Positions 1 to 13,439 of a DNA stretch of 64,000 bases are shown in pieces. The stretch is from positions 16,843-80,842 of the forward strand of contig JAWSVA010000006.1 of NCBI GenBank assembly GCA_033852155.1, in the 5' to 3' direction. The notes beneath the pieces are model-generated. The model did no database searches and was not told the origin of the DNA. It was given only the letters and a program-made list of their open reading frames with translations. Within the stretch, counting starts at the first letter, position 1, and every line of letters begins with the position of its first letter. This DNA comes from Gammaproteobacteria bacterium. Lineage in GTDB: Bacteria > Pseudomonadota > Gammaproteobacteria > QZLD01. The position numbers and the translations under genes were made by a program.

Positions 1-129
1 AGGCTTGATGATGGGAATGGGAATGGGAATGAGTTAAGTTAAGGTTAATTCGATCTATGCTGTTTTAAACAAATATAGATCAAATTCTATAAGAATTAAG
101 CCCAGTATTTTAACAGGGCTTAATTGTAT

Positions 130-2964
130 TTAGCTAACGCTCAACATTTGCTGTAAAAATTCACCAGTATATGACCCTTTGGTGGCAGCGACATCTTCAG
201 GTGTACCTTCAGCAATAATCATTCCTCCACCTGATCCACCCTCTGGGCCGAGGTCAATTATCCAATCGGCAGTTTTAATAACATCTAGGTTATGCTCAAT
301 GATGATAATAGTATTGCCGTGTTCTTTGAGGCGGTTCAATACATCTAACAAATGTTTGATGTCATGAAAATGAAGACCTGTTGTTGGCTCATCAAGAATG
401 TATAAAGTATTGCCAGTATCTCTTTTTGATAGCTCGCGAGAAAGCTTCACTCGTTGTGCTTCCCCTCCGGATAGGGTGGTAGCATTTTGACCAAGGGTTA
501 TGTAAGAAAGTCCTACATCCATAAGGGTTACGAGTTTTCTGGAGATTACAGGGATGTGTTGGAAGAATAAGTTGGCTTCTTCAACCGTCATCTCTAGTAC
601 CTCGTGAATGTTTTTCCCTTTGTAGCGTACCTCTAGGGTCTCACGATTATAGCGTTTACCTTTACATACGTCACAGGGAACGTATATGTCAGCAAGGAAA
701 TGCATCTCTACCTTTATTACGCCATCACCTTGGCAAGCTTCGCAGCGTCCACCCTTTACATTAAAACTGAACCGCCCAGGCTTGTATCCGCGCGATCTGG
801 ATTCTTGAGTGCCGGAGAACAGGTCTCGTATATGGGTGAATAGACCAGTATATGTGGCTGGATTTGAGCGTGGTGTTCTACCAATAGGGCTTTGATCAAT
901 ATCTACAATCTTGTCGAACTGTTCAAGGTTTTCAACTTGTTTACAGGGGGATGGTGTGTGTGATGCTTTGTTGAGAATATTGGCTGCATGTTTATATAAT
1001 GTGTCATTGATAAGTGTTGATTTGCCTGAGCCGGAGACTCCGGTTATACAGGTCATTATTCCGGCAGGGATCTTTACATCGACATTACGTAGATTGTTGC
1101 CGCTGGCGCACTTGATATTGATATGCTTTTCGGGGTCTGGTTTTACCCTTTCTGCTGGGATCTCTATGCGTTTACGGCCGGATATGTAATCGCCGGTTAT
1201 GGATTTTTTACAGTTTTTGATCTGCTCTGGTGTGCCATGTGAGATGATGTTGCCACCATGTACTCCAGCCCCTGGCCCTATGTCGATAACGAAGTCAGCT
1301 GATTCAATAGCCTCTTCATCGTGCTCTACTACGATTACAGTATTACCAATGTCGCGTAGGTGAAATAGGGTTTGTAGCAAGCGCTGGTTATCTCTTTGGT
1401 GCAATCCGATCGATGGTTCATCAAGAACATACATCACTCCAACAAGTCCTGCTCCAATCTGGCTGGCAAGGCGAATGCGTTGAGCTTCTCCTCCCGATAG
1501 GGTTTCAGCGCTGCGGCTTAGTGATAGATAATCTAGACCAACATTGACAAGGAATCCTAGCCTGCTGCTAATCTCTTTCAGGATCCTTTCTGCTATCTGC
1601 CCCCGCTTGCCATCAAGGTGCAAGGATTCAAATAAAGAAAGTGCATCACCGATCGATTTTGATGTTATTGATGGGAGGTTGTGCTCCCCTATAAAGACGT
1701 TTCTTGCTCCAAGGTTTAGACGATCACCGCTACAATCTGGGCAGATCTGTGTGCTCATCTGCTTTGCTAGTTCTTCCCGTACGGTATTTGATTCTGTTTC
1801 TCTAAAACGACGTTCCATGTTAGGGATGACACCTTCGAAACGGTGGGATTTGTTGTAGCGTAAACCTTTTTCATTGTTGTAGGTGAAGTCTATTTTATCG
1901 CTGCCACTGCCATAGAGGATGATATCTTGAAATCTTTGTGGCAGGTCACAAAATGGAGTTTCTAGGTCAAAATCGTAGTGCATGGCAATCGATTGCAACA
2001 TCTGGAAGTAGTAGCCATTCTTTTTGTCCCAACGTTTGATAGCGCCACCAGCTATGCTGATGCTTTTGCTGGTTATCACCATATTGGGGTCGAAGAATTG
2101 TTTTTGCCCTAGGCCATCACAGGTTGGGCAAGCACCTGCAGGATTGTTGAATGAGAATAGTCTTGGTTCCAGCTCATTTATGCTATAACCACATTCAGGG
2201 CAGGCGAATTTTGCAGAGAAGGTGATGTCATCAGCGTTATCATCATCCATGAAGGCAATACGAATCAATCCTTCACTGTGGTTAAGTCCGGTTTCAATAG
2301 ACTCTGCTAACCTAGTTTTTATATCGTCATCTTGGCGAATTTTTAGGCGGTCTATTACAATTTCGATGGTGTGCTTTTGGTGTAACTCTAAAGTTGGAGG
2401 AACATCTAATTCATAGATAACTCCGTCGATTCTGGCGCGAATGAAACCTTGTGCCTTAAAGTTGTCCATAAGCTGGATATGTTCACCCTTGCGCTCGTTG
2501 ACAACAGGAGCAAGGATCATGATTTTCGATCCTTCTTCCATATCCATTATCTTATCCACCATCTGGCTGATGGTCTGGGCATTTAGCTCATGGTTATGTA
2601 CGGGGCATCTTGGTATCCCGGTGCGAGCATAAAGCAGGCGCAGATAATCGTAGATTTCGGTAATCGTTCCTACAGTCGATCTTGGATTGTGGGATGTGGA
2701 TTTTTGTTCAATAGAGATGGCTGGGGATAACCCCTCTATATGGTCTACATCTGGTTTTTCCATCATTGAAAGAAATTGACGCGCATAAGCTGAAAGTGAT
2801 TCAACATAGCGACGTTGCCCTTCGGCATAGATGGTGTCAAATGCGAGAGAAGATTTTCCTGAGCCTGATAGTCCGGTGATAACTATTAATTTGTCTCGAG
2901 GGATGTCTATATCGATATTCTTAAGGTTATGGGTGCGAGCACCTCGTATTTTAATAGTATCCAT
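130..2964 (-). CDS. uvrA: Excinuclease ABC subunit A
   Basis: 944 aa; N-terminal GARTHNLKN, two Walker A motifs ([16 protein letters not shown]), two LSGGEAQR signatures and zinc-finger CxxC pairs. Confidence 0.99.
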   Translation of the reverse strand: MDTIKIRGARTHNLKNIDIDIPRDKLIVITGLSGSGKSSLAFDTIYAEGQRRYVESLSAYARQFLSMMEKPDVDHIEGLSPAISIEQKSTSHNPRSTVGTITEIYDYLRLLYARTGIPRCPVHNHELNAQTISQMVDKIMDMEEGSKIMILAPVVNERKGEHIQLMDNFKAQGFIRARIDGVIYELDVPPTLELHQKHTIEIVIDRLKIRQDDDIKTRLAESIETGLNHSEGLIRIAFMDDDNADDITFSAKFACPECGYSINELEPRLFSFNNPAGACPTCDGLGQKQFFDPNMVITSKSISIAGGAIKRWDKKNGYYFQMLQSIAMHYDFDLETPFCDLPQRFQDIILYGSGSDKIDFTYNNEKGLRYNKSHRFEGVIPNMERRFRETESNTVREELAKQMSTQICPDCSGDRLNLGARNVFIGEHNLPSITSKSIGDALSLFESLHLDGKRGQIAERILKEISSRLGFLVNVGLDYLSLSRSAETLSGGEAQRIRLASQIGAGLVGVMYVLDEPSIGLHQRDNQRLLQTLFHLRDIGNTVIVVEHDEEAIESADFVIDIGPGAGVHGGNIISHGTPEQIKNCKKSITGDYISGRKRIEIPAERVKPDPEKHINIKCASGNNLRNVDVKIPAGIMTCITGVSGSGKSTLINDTLYKHAANILNKASHTPSPCKQVENLEQFDKIVDIDQSPIGRTPRSNPATYTGLFTHIRDLFSGTQESRSRGYKPGRFSFNVKGGRCEACQGDGVIKVEMHFLADIYVPCDVCKGKRYNRETLEVRYKGKNIHEVLEMTVEEANLFFQHIPVISRKLVTLMDVGLSYITLGQNATTLSGGEAQRVKLSRELSKRDTGNTLYILDEPTTGLHFHDIKHLLDVLNRLKEHGNTIIIIEHNLDVIKTADWIIDLGPEGGSGGGMIIAEGTPEDVAATKGSYTGEFLQQMLSVS

Positions 2965-3067
2965 ATTACAACCATTTAGAATTTAGCAGGGCATGCTATG
3001 ATACCACCAGTCATGGCTGAAATTGATTTTTTTGTCGATATATTAGGTATTTCTTTGAGGTGATATA

Positions 3068-3541
3068 GTGAATAAACCAAGAGTTTGGAGTGATCCTATC
3101 CATTTTTTGGCATTTGGATTTGGTAGTGGGTTGGCTCCTAAGGCGCCAGGGACATTTGGAACTGTTGCTGCTATTCCGGTTTATTTGCTATTAAGCCTGC
3201 TAGCATCATTACCGGTTTATCTTGTAGTAACTGCGCTGTTTTCTGTTGTTGGAATTTGGATTTGTGGTAAGGCATCTAAAGACTTAGGTGTACATGACCA
3301 CTCTGGTATTGTGTGGGATGAGATTGTTGGATACCTTATCACCATGATACTGGTGCCAGTGACTTGGTATTGGATTTTAGTTGGATTTGTCTTGTTTCGT
3401 TTTTTTGACATCCTTAAACCTTGGCCCATATCAATCCTAGATAAAAAGGTCTCGGGAGGTTTTGGAATTATGGTTGATGATATTGTTGCGGGGTTATTTT
3501 CTCTTGGAGTAATGCACCTGTTGATTTACTATTTTGTATAG
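3068..3541 (+). CDS. pgpA: Phosphatidylglycerophosphatase A
   Basis: FGSGLAPKAPGTFGT, DHSGIVWDE, FRFFDILKPWPI and GIMVDD motifs. Confidence 0.97.
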   Translation: MNKPRVWSDPIHFLAFGFGSGLAPKAPGTFGTVAAIPVYLLLSLLASLPVYLVVTALFSVVGIWICGKASKDLGVHDHSGIVWDEIVGYLITMILVPVTWYWILVGFVLFRFFDILKPWPISILDKKVSGGFGIMVDDIVAGLFSLGVMHLLIYYFV

Positions 3542-3611
3542 TTTGTATAGTTTGTATAGTTTGTATAGTTTGTATAGTTTGTATAGTTTGTATAGTTTGT
3601 ATAGTTTGTAT
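3533..3611 (+). repeat. 9-bp tandem repeat (TTTGTATAG)x8 plus a partial copy
   Basis: Read directly; the first unit is the last two codons and the stop codon of pgpA. Confidence 0.97.
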
Positions 3612-3645
3612 TTGGTTATAGAGGAATTGATACCCCTATAACCAA
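3612..3645. terminator. Hairpin between convergent genes, probable bidirectional terminator
   Basis: TTGGTTATAG...CTATAACCAA inverted repeat. Confidence 0.6.
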
Positions 3646-3663
3646 TTTGCCAAGACATATTGA

Positions 3664-4494
3664 TTAATTGACGTGCTTTTCAAGATGGTTTTTTAGTATC
3701 TTATTTATTGTATCCGGGCTTTCATTTACAACGGCATGCCCGTATTTGGGTATTACTGTCATCTCAGAGCCCTTGATATTTTCAGCCAAAATCTTTGAGT
3801 ATTTTGTAGGATACAGGACATCATTTTCTGAAGAGATAATATGTGTTGGGCATTCAATTTTACTTAGGTCTGGAATAAGACCATCTCCATCTAAATCATT
3901 TAAACTTGCTGCATTAAGTAAATATTGTCCTTTGGAAAAATCAGGTGTTCTCTGTATTCCTACATTTAGGAACTCTTTGGATTTTATGATTAACTTTGAT
4001 TGTTCTTCAAAATATGATTCAGAAAAAACAGATGTTGCCATTACATCGAAATAGAGGTTTATCTCGTCCATTTCATTTAAGTCACACCAGTTCTGCACCA
4101 CATGTTTTGGCTTGCCTTGAATAATTGGGGTGGAATTTATCATCACCATAGATTTAACTCTTTCAGGAAACAGTGCAGCAAATTTTTGCATAATGAATCC
4201 GCCGTAGCTTATACCGAAAAAGTGAGCATTGTTAATCTCGCAATGATCCATTAGGGCTTCTAGGTCTTGTGCGAGAAGTTCTATGCTATATGGTCCAGGA
4301 GTTGTCTGGGAATCCCATTGCCCACGAAAATCATAGCGTAAAGTGTTGAACCCAAGTGATTTGGCAACTTTAGCTTGCTCGGTCCATGAGAATGAAGAGT
4401 TAAGGATTCCATTCATAAAGATAACGGTGTCTGTATCAGATTGATAAATACGGTGTATATGAAAGCAGTTATATCCGTTGATTTTGTGCATCAT
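3664..4494 (-). CDS. Alpha/beta hydrolase (3-oxoadipate enol-lactonase-like)
   Basis: RYDFRGQWDS, nucleophile elbow GISYGG, C-terminal GH catalytic His. Confidence 0.8.
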   Translation of the reverse strand: MMHKINGYNCFHIHRIYQSDTDTVIFMNGILNSSFSWTEQAKVAKSLGFNTLRYDFRGQWDSQTTPGPYSIELLAQDLEALMDHCEINNAHFFGISYGGFIMQKFAALFPERVKSMVMINSTPIIQGKPKHVVQNWCDLNEMDEINLYFDVMATSVFSESYFEEQSKLIIKSKEFLNVGIQRTPDFSKGQYLLNAASLNDLDGDGLIPDLSKIECPTHIISSENDVLYPTKYSKILAENIKGSEMTVIPKYGHAVVNESPDTINKILKNHLEKHVN

Positions 4495-4736
4495 TTATTC
4501 CTTGAATAATACCTGCTCCAGGCTATTAACGTTAATGGAATAATAGGGCGTTCTCTGATCTTAGTGGTAACAATTGGAGCGGGTTATTTGCTAGCGGTGG
4601 AAGTTATTTCAGTCAGATAATAGCAGATATTAGTTGGAGTCGGAACAAATTTTGTTCGAAACTGATGGAAGTGTAAAAATGCAAAAGATAGGGTAACACC
4701 CCATTGTCACAGGGTGCATGGATGAAAACATTTGAA

Positions 4737-5552
4737 TCATTGGCTGTTTAGCGACCAGTCGTAATAAAGGTGTTCAACGGTGTAGTAGCCAGCGTGTAAA
4801 AATTGCTTCTCTTTTTCGGGAAGGTGTTTGGAAATGTAGTTTGCAACCGCCCTATCTCTTTTAGATAAATCATCAAAACCAGTGGTTGGTGAGTATTTGG
4901 AAATAAAATCATCTCCATACCATTTAAAGATAGAGGACAAATAAACAGTTTTACTATTCAAATTAATTTTGAATTTTAGTAGGTTGCTGAGGAGTTCTTT
5001 GATTTGATCATCTAACTGAGCATCAAAACTTTCTGCTGTGTATGCTTCACTGCGAAGAGGGGGGCACCCTTTTGCTGCACACACCAAAGCCATATGAAGG
5101 CGTGGTTCATTATATTTTTTGCGTAATATTTTATGCTCTAGATGATCTAGAGTAATAATTTCCCCGAAGAGCTGCACAATATCTTGATCCCATGGACCTT
5201 TAAAAAATCCACCAATATCTTTTATGCTGTCTATAGGGTAGTTATTTACAATAAGTTTAATGGTTGCCCCATTGTAAATATTGAAGAGAAATGCAAGTTG
5301 CTGTTTTTCACTCCAGGAGTTAAATTCATCTTTGGTGATTGCCCCCCATTTTTTTAAAGTAGCGTTAAGATTTTTTGGAGTAGTTTTAATGCTTTGATAA
5401 TCTACCATCCCATCTTTAACATAGGTATGAAGAGTGGTATTGAATGCCGCGTAGTTATGATCGAATTCTATTGCTTGAGCCAAAGAGGTGCAGATAAATA
5501 GAGCCGGTATAATAAATAGTATTGTACGTAGCGTTTTTTCCATTATTGCCAC
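4737..5552 (-). CDS. Secreted DUF547-family protein
   Basis: Signal peptide; QLAFLFNIYN, LDHLEHKILR, EPRLHMALVCAAKGCPPL, LSSIFKWY and YDWSLN motifs. Confidence 0.9.
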   Translation of the reverse strand: MAIMEKTLRTILFIIPALFICTSLAQAIEFDHNYAAFNTTLHTYVKDGMVDYQSIKTTPKNLNATLKKWGAITKDEFNSWSEKQQLAFLFNIYNGATIKLIVNNYPIDSIKDIGGFFKGPWDQDIVQLFGEIITLDHLEHKILRKKYNEPRLHMALVCAAKGCPPLRSEAYTAESFDAQLDDQIKELLSNLLKFKINLNSKTVYLSSIFKWYGDDFISKYSPTTGFDDLSKRDRAVANYISKHLPEKEKQFLHAGYYTVEHLYYDWSLNSQ

Positions 5553-5603
5553 CTGTTTTCCATCCAGTATTTTTCCAATGTTCCGGTTTAACTTATAGAT
5601 TTT

Positions 5604-5960
5604 TTAGCTACTCTCTGACCAAACCGCATATTCATTTCCATTAGGATCGGTGAAATGAAATCTGTACCCCCCAGGGAATGAAAATATAGGTTTGATAATC
5701 TCCCCTCCATTTTTTTCAATTGTTTGTTGGGTGCTTTTTAGACTATCGCTATAAAGGACTATTAATGGAGATCCGTTTTCTGTGCGGCACTCTTTATCAG
5801 CTTTATAAAAACCACCGTTAATGCCTTGGTTGGTAAAAGAAGTATATTCAGCTCCAAAGTCAGTGAATGCCCATCCAAATACACTAGAGAAAAACTCTTT
5901 TGTTGCCTCAATGTTTTTTGAAGGTAGTTCTATGTAGTTAATATTATTTTGTCTGTCCAT
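5604..5960 (-). CDS. VOC/glyoxalase family protein
   Basis: INYIELP, FFSSVFGWAF and RFHFTDPNGNEYAVWS motifs. Confidence 0.9.
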   Translation of the reverse strand: MDRQNNINYIELPSKNIEATKEFFSSVFGWAFTDFGAEYTSFTNQGINGGFYKADKECRTENGSPLIVLYSDSLKSTQQTIEKNGGEIIKPIFSFPGGYRFHFTDPNGNEYAVWSESS

Positions 5961-6159
5961 ATCTTAAATCCTGTTGCTTAAATTATTTCAATCATTCTAA
6001 AAGTATAAGAAATGAGTGGTCAGTTTTCCATCGGGGGAGTGGCTTTTTCGTCCCAATAGGTTATAAAAACTATTATTACTTGCGATTGTTGCTTTTTAAA
6101 AATGGTATAGAATTTGAAAGATAACGGTATTTATTTTTAATGAAATTTGGAAATGGTTA

Positions 6160-7521
6160 ATGAAAAAGATTTTGTTGGGTTTGGGGTTATTCTTTTTGGT
6201 TCTTTCGTTTGCAGTTGTGCTTAGTTTGTATCTTTTTTTTCTAGATCCAGTTGATAAAGAGGCTGAAGCATTCTTCTTTGAAGATCAAAAAATAGTTGCT
6301 GATGAGGATAATGCATATTTTGCATTTTTAGGTTTTTTTGCGCCAGCTGAAGTAGATGATATACATGCGTATGGTCTAAAGCATTGGAATGATTTTGTTG
6401 TACGGCTTCAGGAAAGTGCTGGATCTAAAACTGAACTGAATCTATCTGATTTTTATATTGACTACAGCATAAGTATATCTGAAGAAGATAGTGATGCTGT
6501 CGGACACTTAGAGATAGATTATTATGATTGTAAGGAGAAAAATAAAACAGGTTGCATTAATGAGGAATTGGTCCAGCAGCTTGTAGATAGAAATTCAGTT
6601 TTTATAGGTAGGCTTAAGCAGCTGCATAATTATAAAGAGTACCACTCAAAAGTTCCTGGTTTTAAACTGCAAGAGATGATTAACCTTGCAAAACTGCAGG
6701 CAATGCAGGTGAGAATGTATTTAAGCCAAGGGAGGCCAGAAAAAGCATATAAGATACTATATGAAAATATTGAGTTTTTTCAGAATATGTTAACCAATGG
6801 GGTGACTATTATTGATTTAGCCATATTCAAAGTTGCACGTGCAATATATTGGCAGCAGATGGCAGGTTTGGTTCAGGATCATCCAGAGTTTGCTTTAAGT
6901 AAATATTCTGAGCTTGAAAAACTTTTTGATAGTAGTTTGCAGGTTCCTTTTGCAGAGGTTGCCAAAGCGGAGTTTTATCTTGTTAATAGTGCTTTTTGCC
7001 GAGGAGTGCAGGGTTATGGAGCTGCAGAGGTTAATTGTTTACGTAATATCAAATGGTGGTTTATTAAGCCAAATGCAATTTTAACGGGATATTATCGCTT
7101 CTCTAAAGAATTTATCGAACTTGCAAGTGTGCATCCAGCAATAATAGAGTTTGAAAGTAAGGAATTGAATGCTAAATATAATAGTGAAACAGGTACTCTT
7201 AGGGGGTGGGTTAAAAGAAAGACAACATTTGGCCGGCTTTTGAATCCAAGTTCATTAAATGCAGGTTCGTTGCTTTATATTATTGCTCTTGGTGGCTCAA
7301 GAGGAAAATCTCTATTGGCTTATTTGGAACTCTATAAAAACAAAGTGAAACCAGAGGATGTAAATGATTATATCGCTAATCACTTGGATGGATTTTATGA
7401 TCCGCTCTCACGTAAACACTTTGTTTATGATGAAGAAAAAGGGTTGCTGATGATGCATCAAGACGGATTTCCGCCTGAGATTTTGGGGGCTCAGATTCCA
7501 AATTCATTAAAGTATCATTAA
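6160..7521 (+). CDS. Hypothetical protein with an N-terminal membrane anchor
   Basis: 453-aa ORF with an N-terminal hydrophobic helix; no family recognised. Confidence 0.75.
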   Translation: MKKILLGLGLFFLVLSFAVVLSLYLFFLDPVDKEAEAFFFEDQKIVADEDNAYFAFLGFFAPAEVDDIHAYGLKHWNDFVVRLQESAGSKTELNLSDFYIDYSISISEEDSDAVGHLEIDYYDCKEKNKTGCINEELVQQLVDRNSVFIGRLKQLHNYKEYHSKVPGFKLQEMINLAKLQAMQVRMYLSQGRPEKAYKILYENIEFFQNMLTNGVTIIDLAIFKVARAIYWQQMAGLVQDHPEFALSKYSELEKLFDSSLQVPFAEVAKAEFYLVNSAFCRGVQGYGAAEVNCLRNIKWWFIKPNAILTGYYRFSKEFIELASVHPAIIEFESKELNAKYNSETGTLRGWVKRKTTFGRLLNPSSLNAGSLLYIIALGGSRGKSLLAYLELYKNKVKPEDVNDYIANHLDGFYDPLSRKHFVYDEEKGLLMMHQDGFPPEILGAQIPNSLKYH

Positions 7522-7526
7522 GCAGT

Positions 7527-7560
7527 TAGAGTAACACGGGCAAGTGCCCACGCTACTCTA
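7527..7560. repeat. Hairpin/GTAG-type REP-like element between convergent genes
   Basis: TAGAGTAACACGGGCAAGTGCCCACGCTACTCTA is an imperfect palindrome; the minus strand reads GTAGCGTGGGCACTTGCCCGTG. Confidence 0.5.
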
Positions 7561-7571
7561 GACCTGTAAAG

Positions 7572-9899
7572 CTACTCCAAATCAAACTTTGGTGGTTCAA
7601 CTTCGCCTAATACCCCAGGTTGTTCCTCACTAAAGTCCTCTTCTAGTTCAGCATCGGAGAAGGTGATTATATCAACCCGCTGGAATCCACGCGGTAGTTT
7701 TTTTCCGCGTTTTCCACGTTCACCTTTATACAATTCCACATCATTTGGTTTGATGGTTAGGTGGCGTTGTCCGCAGTGTAGGGTTATGGCTGATTCTTCT
7801 GGGAATACGGCGAAGGTGGTGACGACTTCTTCAGCGCTTTTTAGTTTTGCCGGTGGTACACCGATTATTTTATTTCCCTTGCCTTTGCTGAGGATTGGTA
7901 GTTCGGTTACTGGGAATATCAACAGATAGCCTGCGCTGGATATCGCGGCGATGTTGTAGCCTTCCAATTTTTGCACCCTTAATGGAGGCATTACCGCTGA
8001 ACCTGCAGGGAGTGAAAGCAATGTTTTGCCGGCCTTGTTTTTGGAATATAGGTTCTCTAGTTTGGTGATAAATCCATAACCAAAGCTGGAGGCAATTAGG
8101 TATTGGTCATCACTTTTACCGAGTAGGGTATTGCAGAAGTTTGCTCCTGACGGCGGAGTGAACTTGCCCGTTAGTGGCTCCCCTTGTCCGCGTGCAGAAG
8201 GAAGGGTGTGCGCGGAGGTGGAATACGACCTGCCCGAGCTGTCGATAAATACCGCCTGTTGGTTGCTGCGGCCGCGAGCGAAACCAAGGTAGTCATCACC
8301 GGATTTGTAGTTGAGCCCTTCTGGTTCTATATCATGCCCTTTGGCTACTCTTACCCAACCTTTTTCCGATATCACTATGGTTACCGCTTCACTAGGAACC
8401 AGGTCGGTTTGTTTTAGCGCTTGGGCTGCAGAACGTTCAACTATTTTAGAGCGGCGCTCGTCACCATAGTTTTCTGCATCCTCTTTAATCTCGTTTTTGA
8501 CCAGGGTTTTCAGACGCTGGTTTGATCCAAGAATCAGCTGCAGTTTATCTCTCTCTGCTGCCAGCTCTTCCTGTTCCGCCCTTATCTTGAACTCTTCCAG
8601 CTTTGCTAGGTTGCGTAGCTTAAGGTTGAGCACTGCTTCTGCCTGTATATCGGATAAAGCAAAGCGCTCCATCAATACTGGTTTTGGCTCATCCTCACTG
8701 CGGATGATGGCAATAACCTCATCGATGTTTAGAAATGCGGTGAGGAAACCTTCAAGGATGTGCAAACGATCGAGTACTTTATCTAGCCTCCATTGCAGAC
8801 GTTTTCTAACCGTTTCGATACGGAACATTAACCACTCAGAGATGATCTCCATCAGTGGTTTAACCTGCGGTTTGCCATTTAATCCAATCATGTTCAGGTT
8901 CACACGATAGGTGCGCTCCAGATCAGTGGTAGAGAACAAGTGGCTCATTAATAACGTTATATCGATGCGGTTTGATCTTGGGGTTATTATCAATCTTGTT
9001 GGACTTTCGTGGTCCGATTCATCGCGTAGATCAGAAACCATTGGCAGTTTCTTTGCCTGCATCTGCTGCGCGATCTGTTCCAGGATTTTATTGCCAGAAA
9101 CTTGATGTGGTAGGTCGGTAATAACGATGTCGCCATCTTCAATTTCGTAACGAGCACGCATCCTTATGGAACCATGTCCAGTGGCATACATGTTGATGAT
9201 CTCGTTACGCGGAGTGATTATCTCTGCATTGGTTGGGTAGTCTGGCCCTTGGATTATTTCACAGATCTCATCGAGCGATGTGCTTGGAGTTTCCAAAAGT
9301 TGTATACAGGCGTTGGCTACTTCACGCAGATTGTGCGGCGGGATATCTGTCGCCATACCTACTGCGATTCCGGTACTACCATTGAGTAGAATATTTGGAA
9401 GCCTTGCTGGGAGTAATATTGGTTCATTCATGGTTCCATCAAAGTTTGGAGCCCACTCTACAGTGCCTTGGCCTAGCTCGGCCAACAGGGTTTTTGCGTA
9501 TCCTGTTAGTCGGGATTCGGTGTAACGCATCGCGGCAAAAGATTTAGGGTCATCGGGTGATCCCCAGTTTCCTTGCCCATCTACTAATGTATAACGGTAG
9601 GAGAAGTTTTGCGCCATTAATACCATCGCTTCGTAACAAGCAGAGTCACCATGCGGATGGTATTTACCTAGTACGTCACCAACGGTACGTGCAGATTTTT
9701 TATGTTTGGATGATGCGCTTAGGCCGAGTTCTGACATTGCATAAATAATGCGCCGCTGTACCGGTTTAAGGCCGTCACCAATATTTGGTAGGGCTCGATC
9801 AAGGATTACATACATCGAATAGTCAAGGTATGCCTTTTCGGTAAATTCCTTTATCGCTGTGGTTTCGTGCTCTATGAAGGTTTGTTCAGTAGTTTCCAT
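7572..9899 (-). CDS. parC: DNA topoisomerase IV subunit A
   Basis: [26 protein letters not shown], catalytic AAMRYTE; directly downstream of parE. Confidence 0.98.
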   Translation of the reverse strand: METTEQTFIEHETTAIKEFTEKAYLDYSMYVILDRALPNIGDGLKPVQRRIIYAMSELGLSASSKHKKSARTVGDVLGKYHPHGDSACYEAMVLMAQNFSYRYTLVDGQGNWGSPDDPKSFAAMRYTESRLTGYAKTLLAELGQGTVEWAPNFDGTMNEPILLPARLPNILLNGSTGIAVGMATDIPPHNLREVANACIQLLETPSTSLDEICEIIQGPDYPTNAEIITPRNEIINMYATGHGSIRMRARYEIEDGDIVITDLPHQVSGNKILEQIAQQMQAKKLPMVSDLRDESDHESPTRLIITPRSNRIDITLLMSHLFSTTDLERTYRVNLNMIGLNGKPQVKPLMEIISEWLMFRIETVRKRLQWRLDKVLDRLHILEGFLTAFLNIDEVIAIIRSEDEPKPVLMERFALSDIQAEAVLNLKLRNLAKLEEFKIRAEQEELAAERDKLQLILGSNQRLKTLVKNEIKEDAENYGDERRSKIVERSAAQALKQTDLVPSEAVTIVISEKGWVRVAKGHDIEPEGLNYKSGDDYLGFARGRSNQQAVFIDSSGRSYSTSAHTLPSARGQGEPLTGKFTPPSGANFCNTLLGKSDDQYLIASSFGYGFITKLENLYSKNKAGKTLLSLPAGSAVMPPLRVQKLEGYNIAAISSAGYLLIFPVTELPILSKGKGNKIIGVPPAKLKSAEEVVTTFAVFPEESAITLHCGQRHLTIKPNDVELYKGERGKRGKKLPRGFQRVDIITFSDAELEEDFSEEQPGVLGEVEPPKFDLE

Positions 9900-9946
9900 G
9901 AATACCGTACTCTTTTAAATTTTTGAAAAAAACAAGTAGGTTGTGC

Positions 9947-10045
9947 GCCCTTCGACTACGCTCAGGACAAGGTAAACCATCTTTGTTTTTTATTATTTGC
10001 TTCATTTTCCTGCCCTTCGACTACGCTCAGGGGGCGGGAAAATGA
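9947..10045. repeat. Two direct copies of GCCCTTCGACTACGCTCAGG (9947-9966, 10012-10031), the second inside a 14-bp hairpin (10002-10045)
   Basis: Identical 20-mers read directly; they resemble widespread CTTCGAC/GTCGAAG REP-like elements. Confidence 0.75.
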
Positions 10046-10065
10046 TTTGCTAATCTTTTAAATAA

Positions 10066-11961
<1,896 letters not shown>

Positions 11962-12134
11962 CTAAAGCCTTTCATCCGTACTGAAATATGCGTGATCAGA
12001 GTGTAACTGAAGCTATTATAATACGCTAGCCCACAGATAATGGCGTATTGTGGTTATAATCAGGCTGTGATTGGGTTAGAATGGGCGCATATTTGTAAAT
12101 TAAGTTTAATTTAAGCAATTAATTCGGGTAAAAA

Positions 12135-12377
12135 ATGGCTGCTAAAACCACTAAAAACTTCGAAAAGTCACTGTCTGAACTTGAGCAGATAGTTAATAAG
12201 ATGGAAGACGGGGATCTATCCCTGGAAGAATCGATGAAACACTTTGAGAAAGGGGTAGCGCTGACTCGTTTATGTCAGTCAGCTTTAGAGCAGGCGGAAC
12301 AGAAGGTCGCACTATTATCAACGAAAAGCGGGGATGATAGCGAACAGCCTTTTGATATCGATGAAAAGGCCCTTTAG
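12135..12377 (+). CDS. xseB: Exodeoxyribonuclease VII small subunit
   Basis: FEKSLSELEQIV..LSLEESM..FEKGVAL; conserved xseB-ispA-dxs order. Confidence 0.96.
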   Translation: MAAKTTKNFEKSLSELEQIVNKMEDGDLSLEESMKHFEKGVALTRLCQSALEQAEQKVALLSTKSGDDSEQPFDIDEKAL

Positions 12378-12446
12378 TGTAAACAGTTAAGCTAGAATGA
12401 AACTTGAAGCTAATACCTGAAAAGCCAAGGAACAGAGAGTAAAAAA

Positions 12447-13340
12447 ATGGATGAACTGAAAAAGCTGATGAAAGAGTACAGAGGGCGTGTCGATAATGCT
12501 CTTGACTATTGGTTGCCAACGAAAAAGATAACCCCAGACACATTGCATCAAGCAATGCGATACTCAGTTTTTAATGGTGGTAAACGTATACGCCCACTAC
12601 TGGTCTATCTTGCTGGTGAGGCCTTAGGTAATGATCTTGAAAGCTTAGATGCTGCAGCTGCAGCCGTAGAATGTATCCATGCATATTCACTAGTTCATGA
12701 CGATCTGCCTGCAATGGACGATGATGACTTGCGCAGAGGCAAGCCAACGTGCCACAAAGCATATGATGAAGCAACGGCAATTCTTGCCGGAGATGCGTTG
12801 CAGACTCTTGCATTTCAGATTCTTGCTGCGGATAAAACTATGGATTTACCCGCTGAAACCAGGCTAGAGATGATAAGCCTTCTTGCTGTAGCCAGTGGTT
12901 CGCGCGGAATGGTCGGTGGTCAGGCGATTGATCTGGCAGCAGTAGGTAAGCAAATCGATATAGCTGAGCTGGAAAATATGCATATCCATAAGACCGGAGC
13001 ATTGATTCGTTCCAGCGTTCTTTTAGGAGCATTGTGTGCCAAAGAGATTACATCAGAGCAGAGAATGGCCTTAGATCATTACTCCAAATGTATTGGGTTG
13101 GCATTCCAGATTCAGGACGACATCCTTGATGTCGAAAGCACTACCGAAGAGTTAGGTAAACCACAGGGTTCAGACCAAGATGCTGAAAAACCTACTTACC
13201 CAGCTTTAATGGGAATGGACGATTCAAAACAATTGGCTGAAGAGCTTATTCAAGATGCGGTTGATAGTCTTAGTAGTTTTGATGAAAAAGCTGATCCATT
13301 GCGTTGGTTGGCTGAGTACATTATCTCTAGAAAGAATTAG
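12447..13340 (+). CDS. ispA: Farnesyl diphosphate synthase
   Basis: GGKRIRP, HDDLPAMDDDDLRRGKPT and FQIQDDILD motifs. Confidence 0.97.
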   Translation: MDELKKLMKEYRGRVDNALDYWLPTKKITPDTLHQAMRYSVFNGGKRIRPLLVYLAGEALGNDLESLDAAAAAVECIHAYSLVHDDLPAMDDDDLRRGKPTCHKAYDEATAILAGDALQTLAFQILAADKTMDLPAETRLEMISLLAVASGSRGMVGGQAIDLAAVGKQIDIAELENMHIHKTGALIRSSVLLGALCAKEITSEQRMALDHYSKCIGLAFQIQDDILDVESTTEELGKPQGSDQDAEKPTYPALMGMDDSKQLAEELIQDAVDSLSSFDEKADPLRWLAEYIISRKN

Positions 13341-13439
13341 TAGGCTTTCGAAAAAGCAGGCGCGAGAAAAACGGCATATTGAAAAGGGTTTTGTAAATAA
13401 ACCCGAGAAGAAAGCAGATATTAACCCAGAAGGTTATCG

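Noticed and set aside
2965-3067. LexA box upstream of uvrA
   Set aside because: No CTGT-N8-ACAG match was found in the intergenic region.
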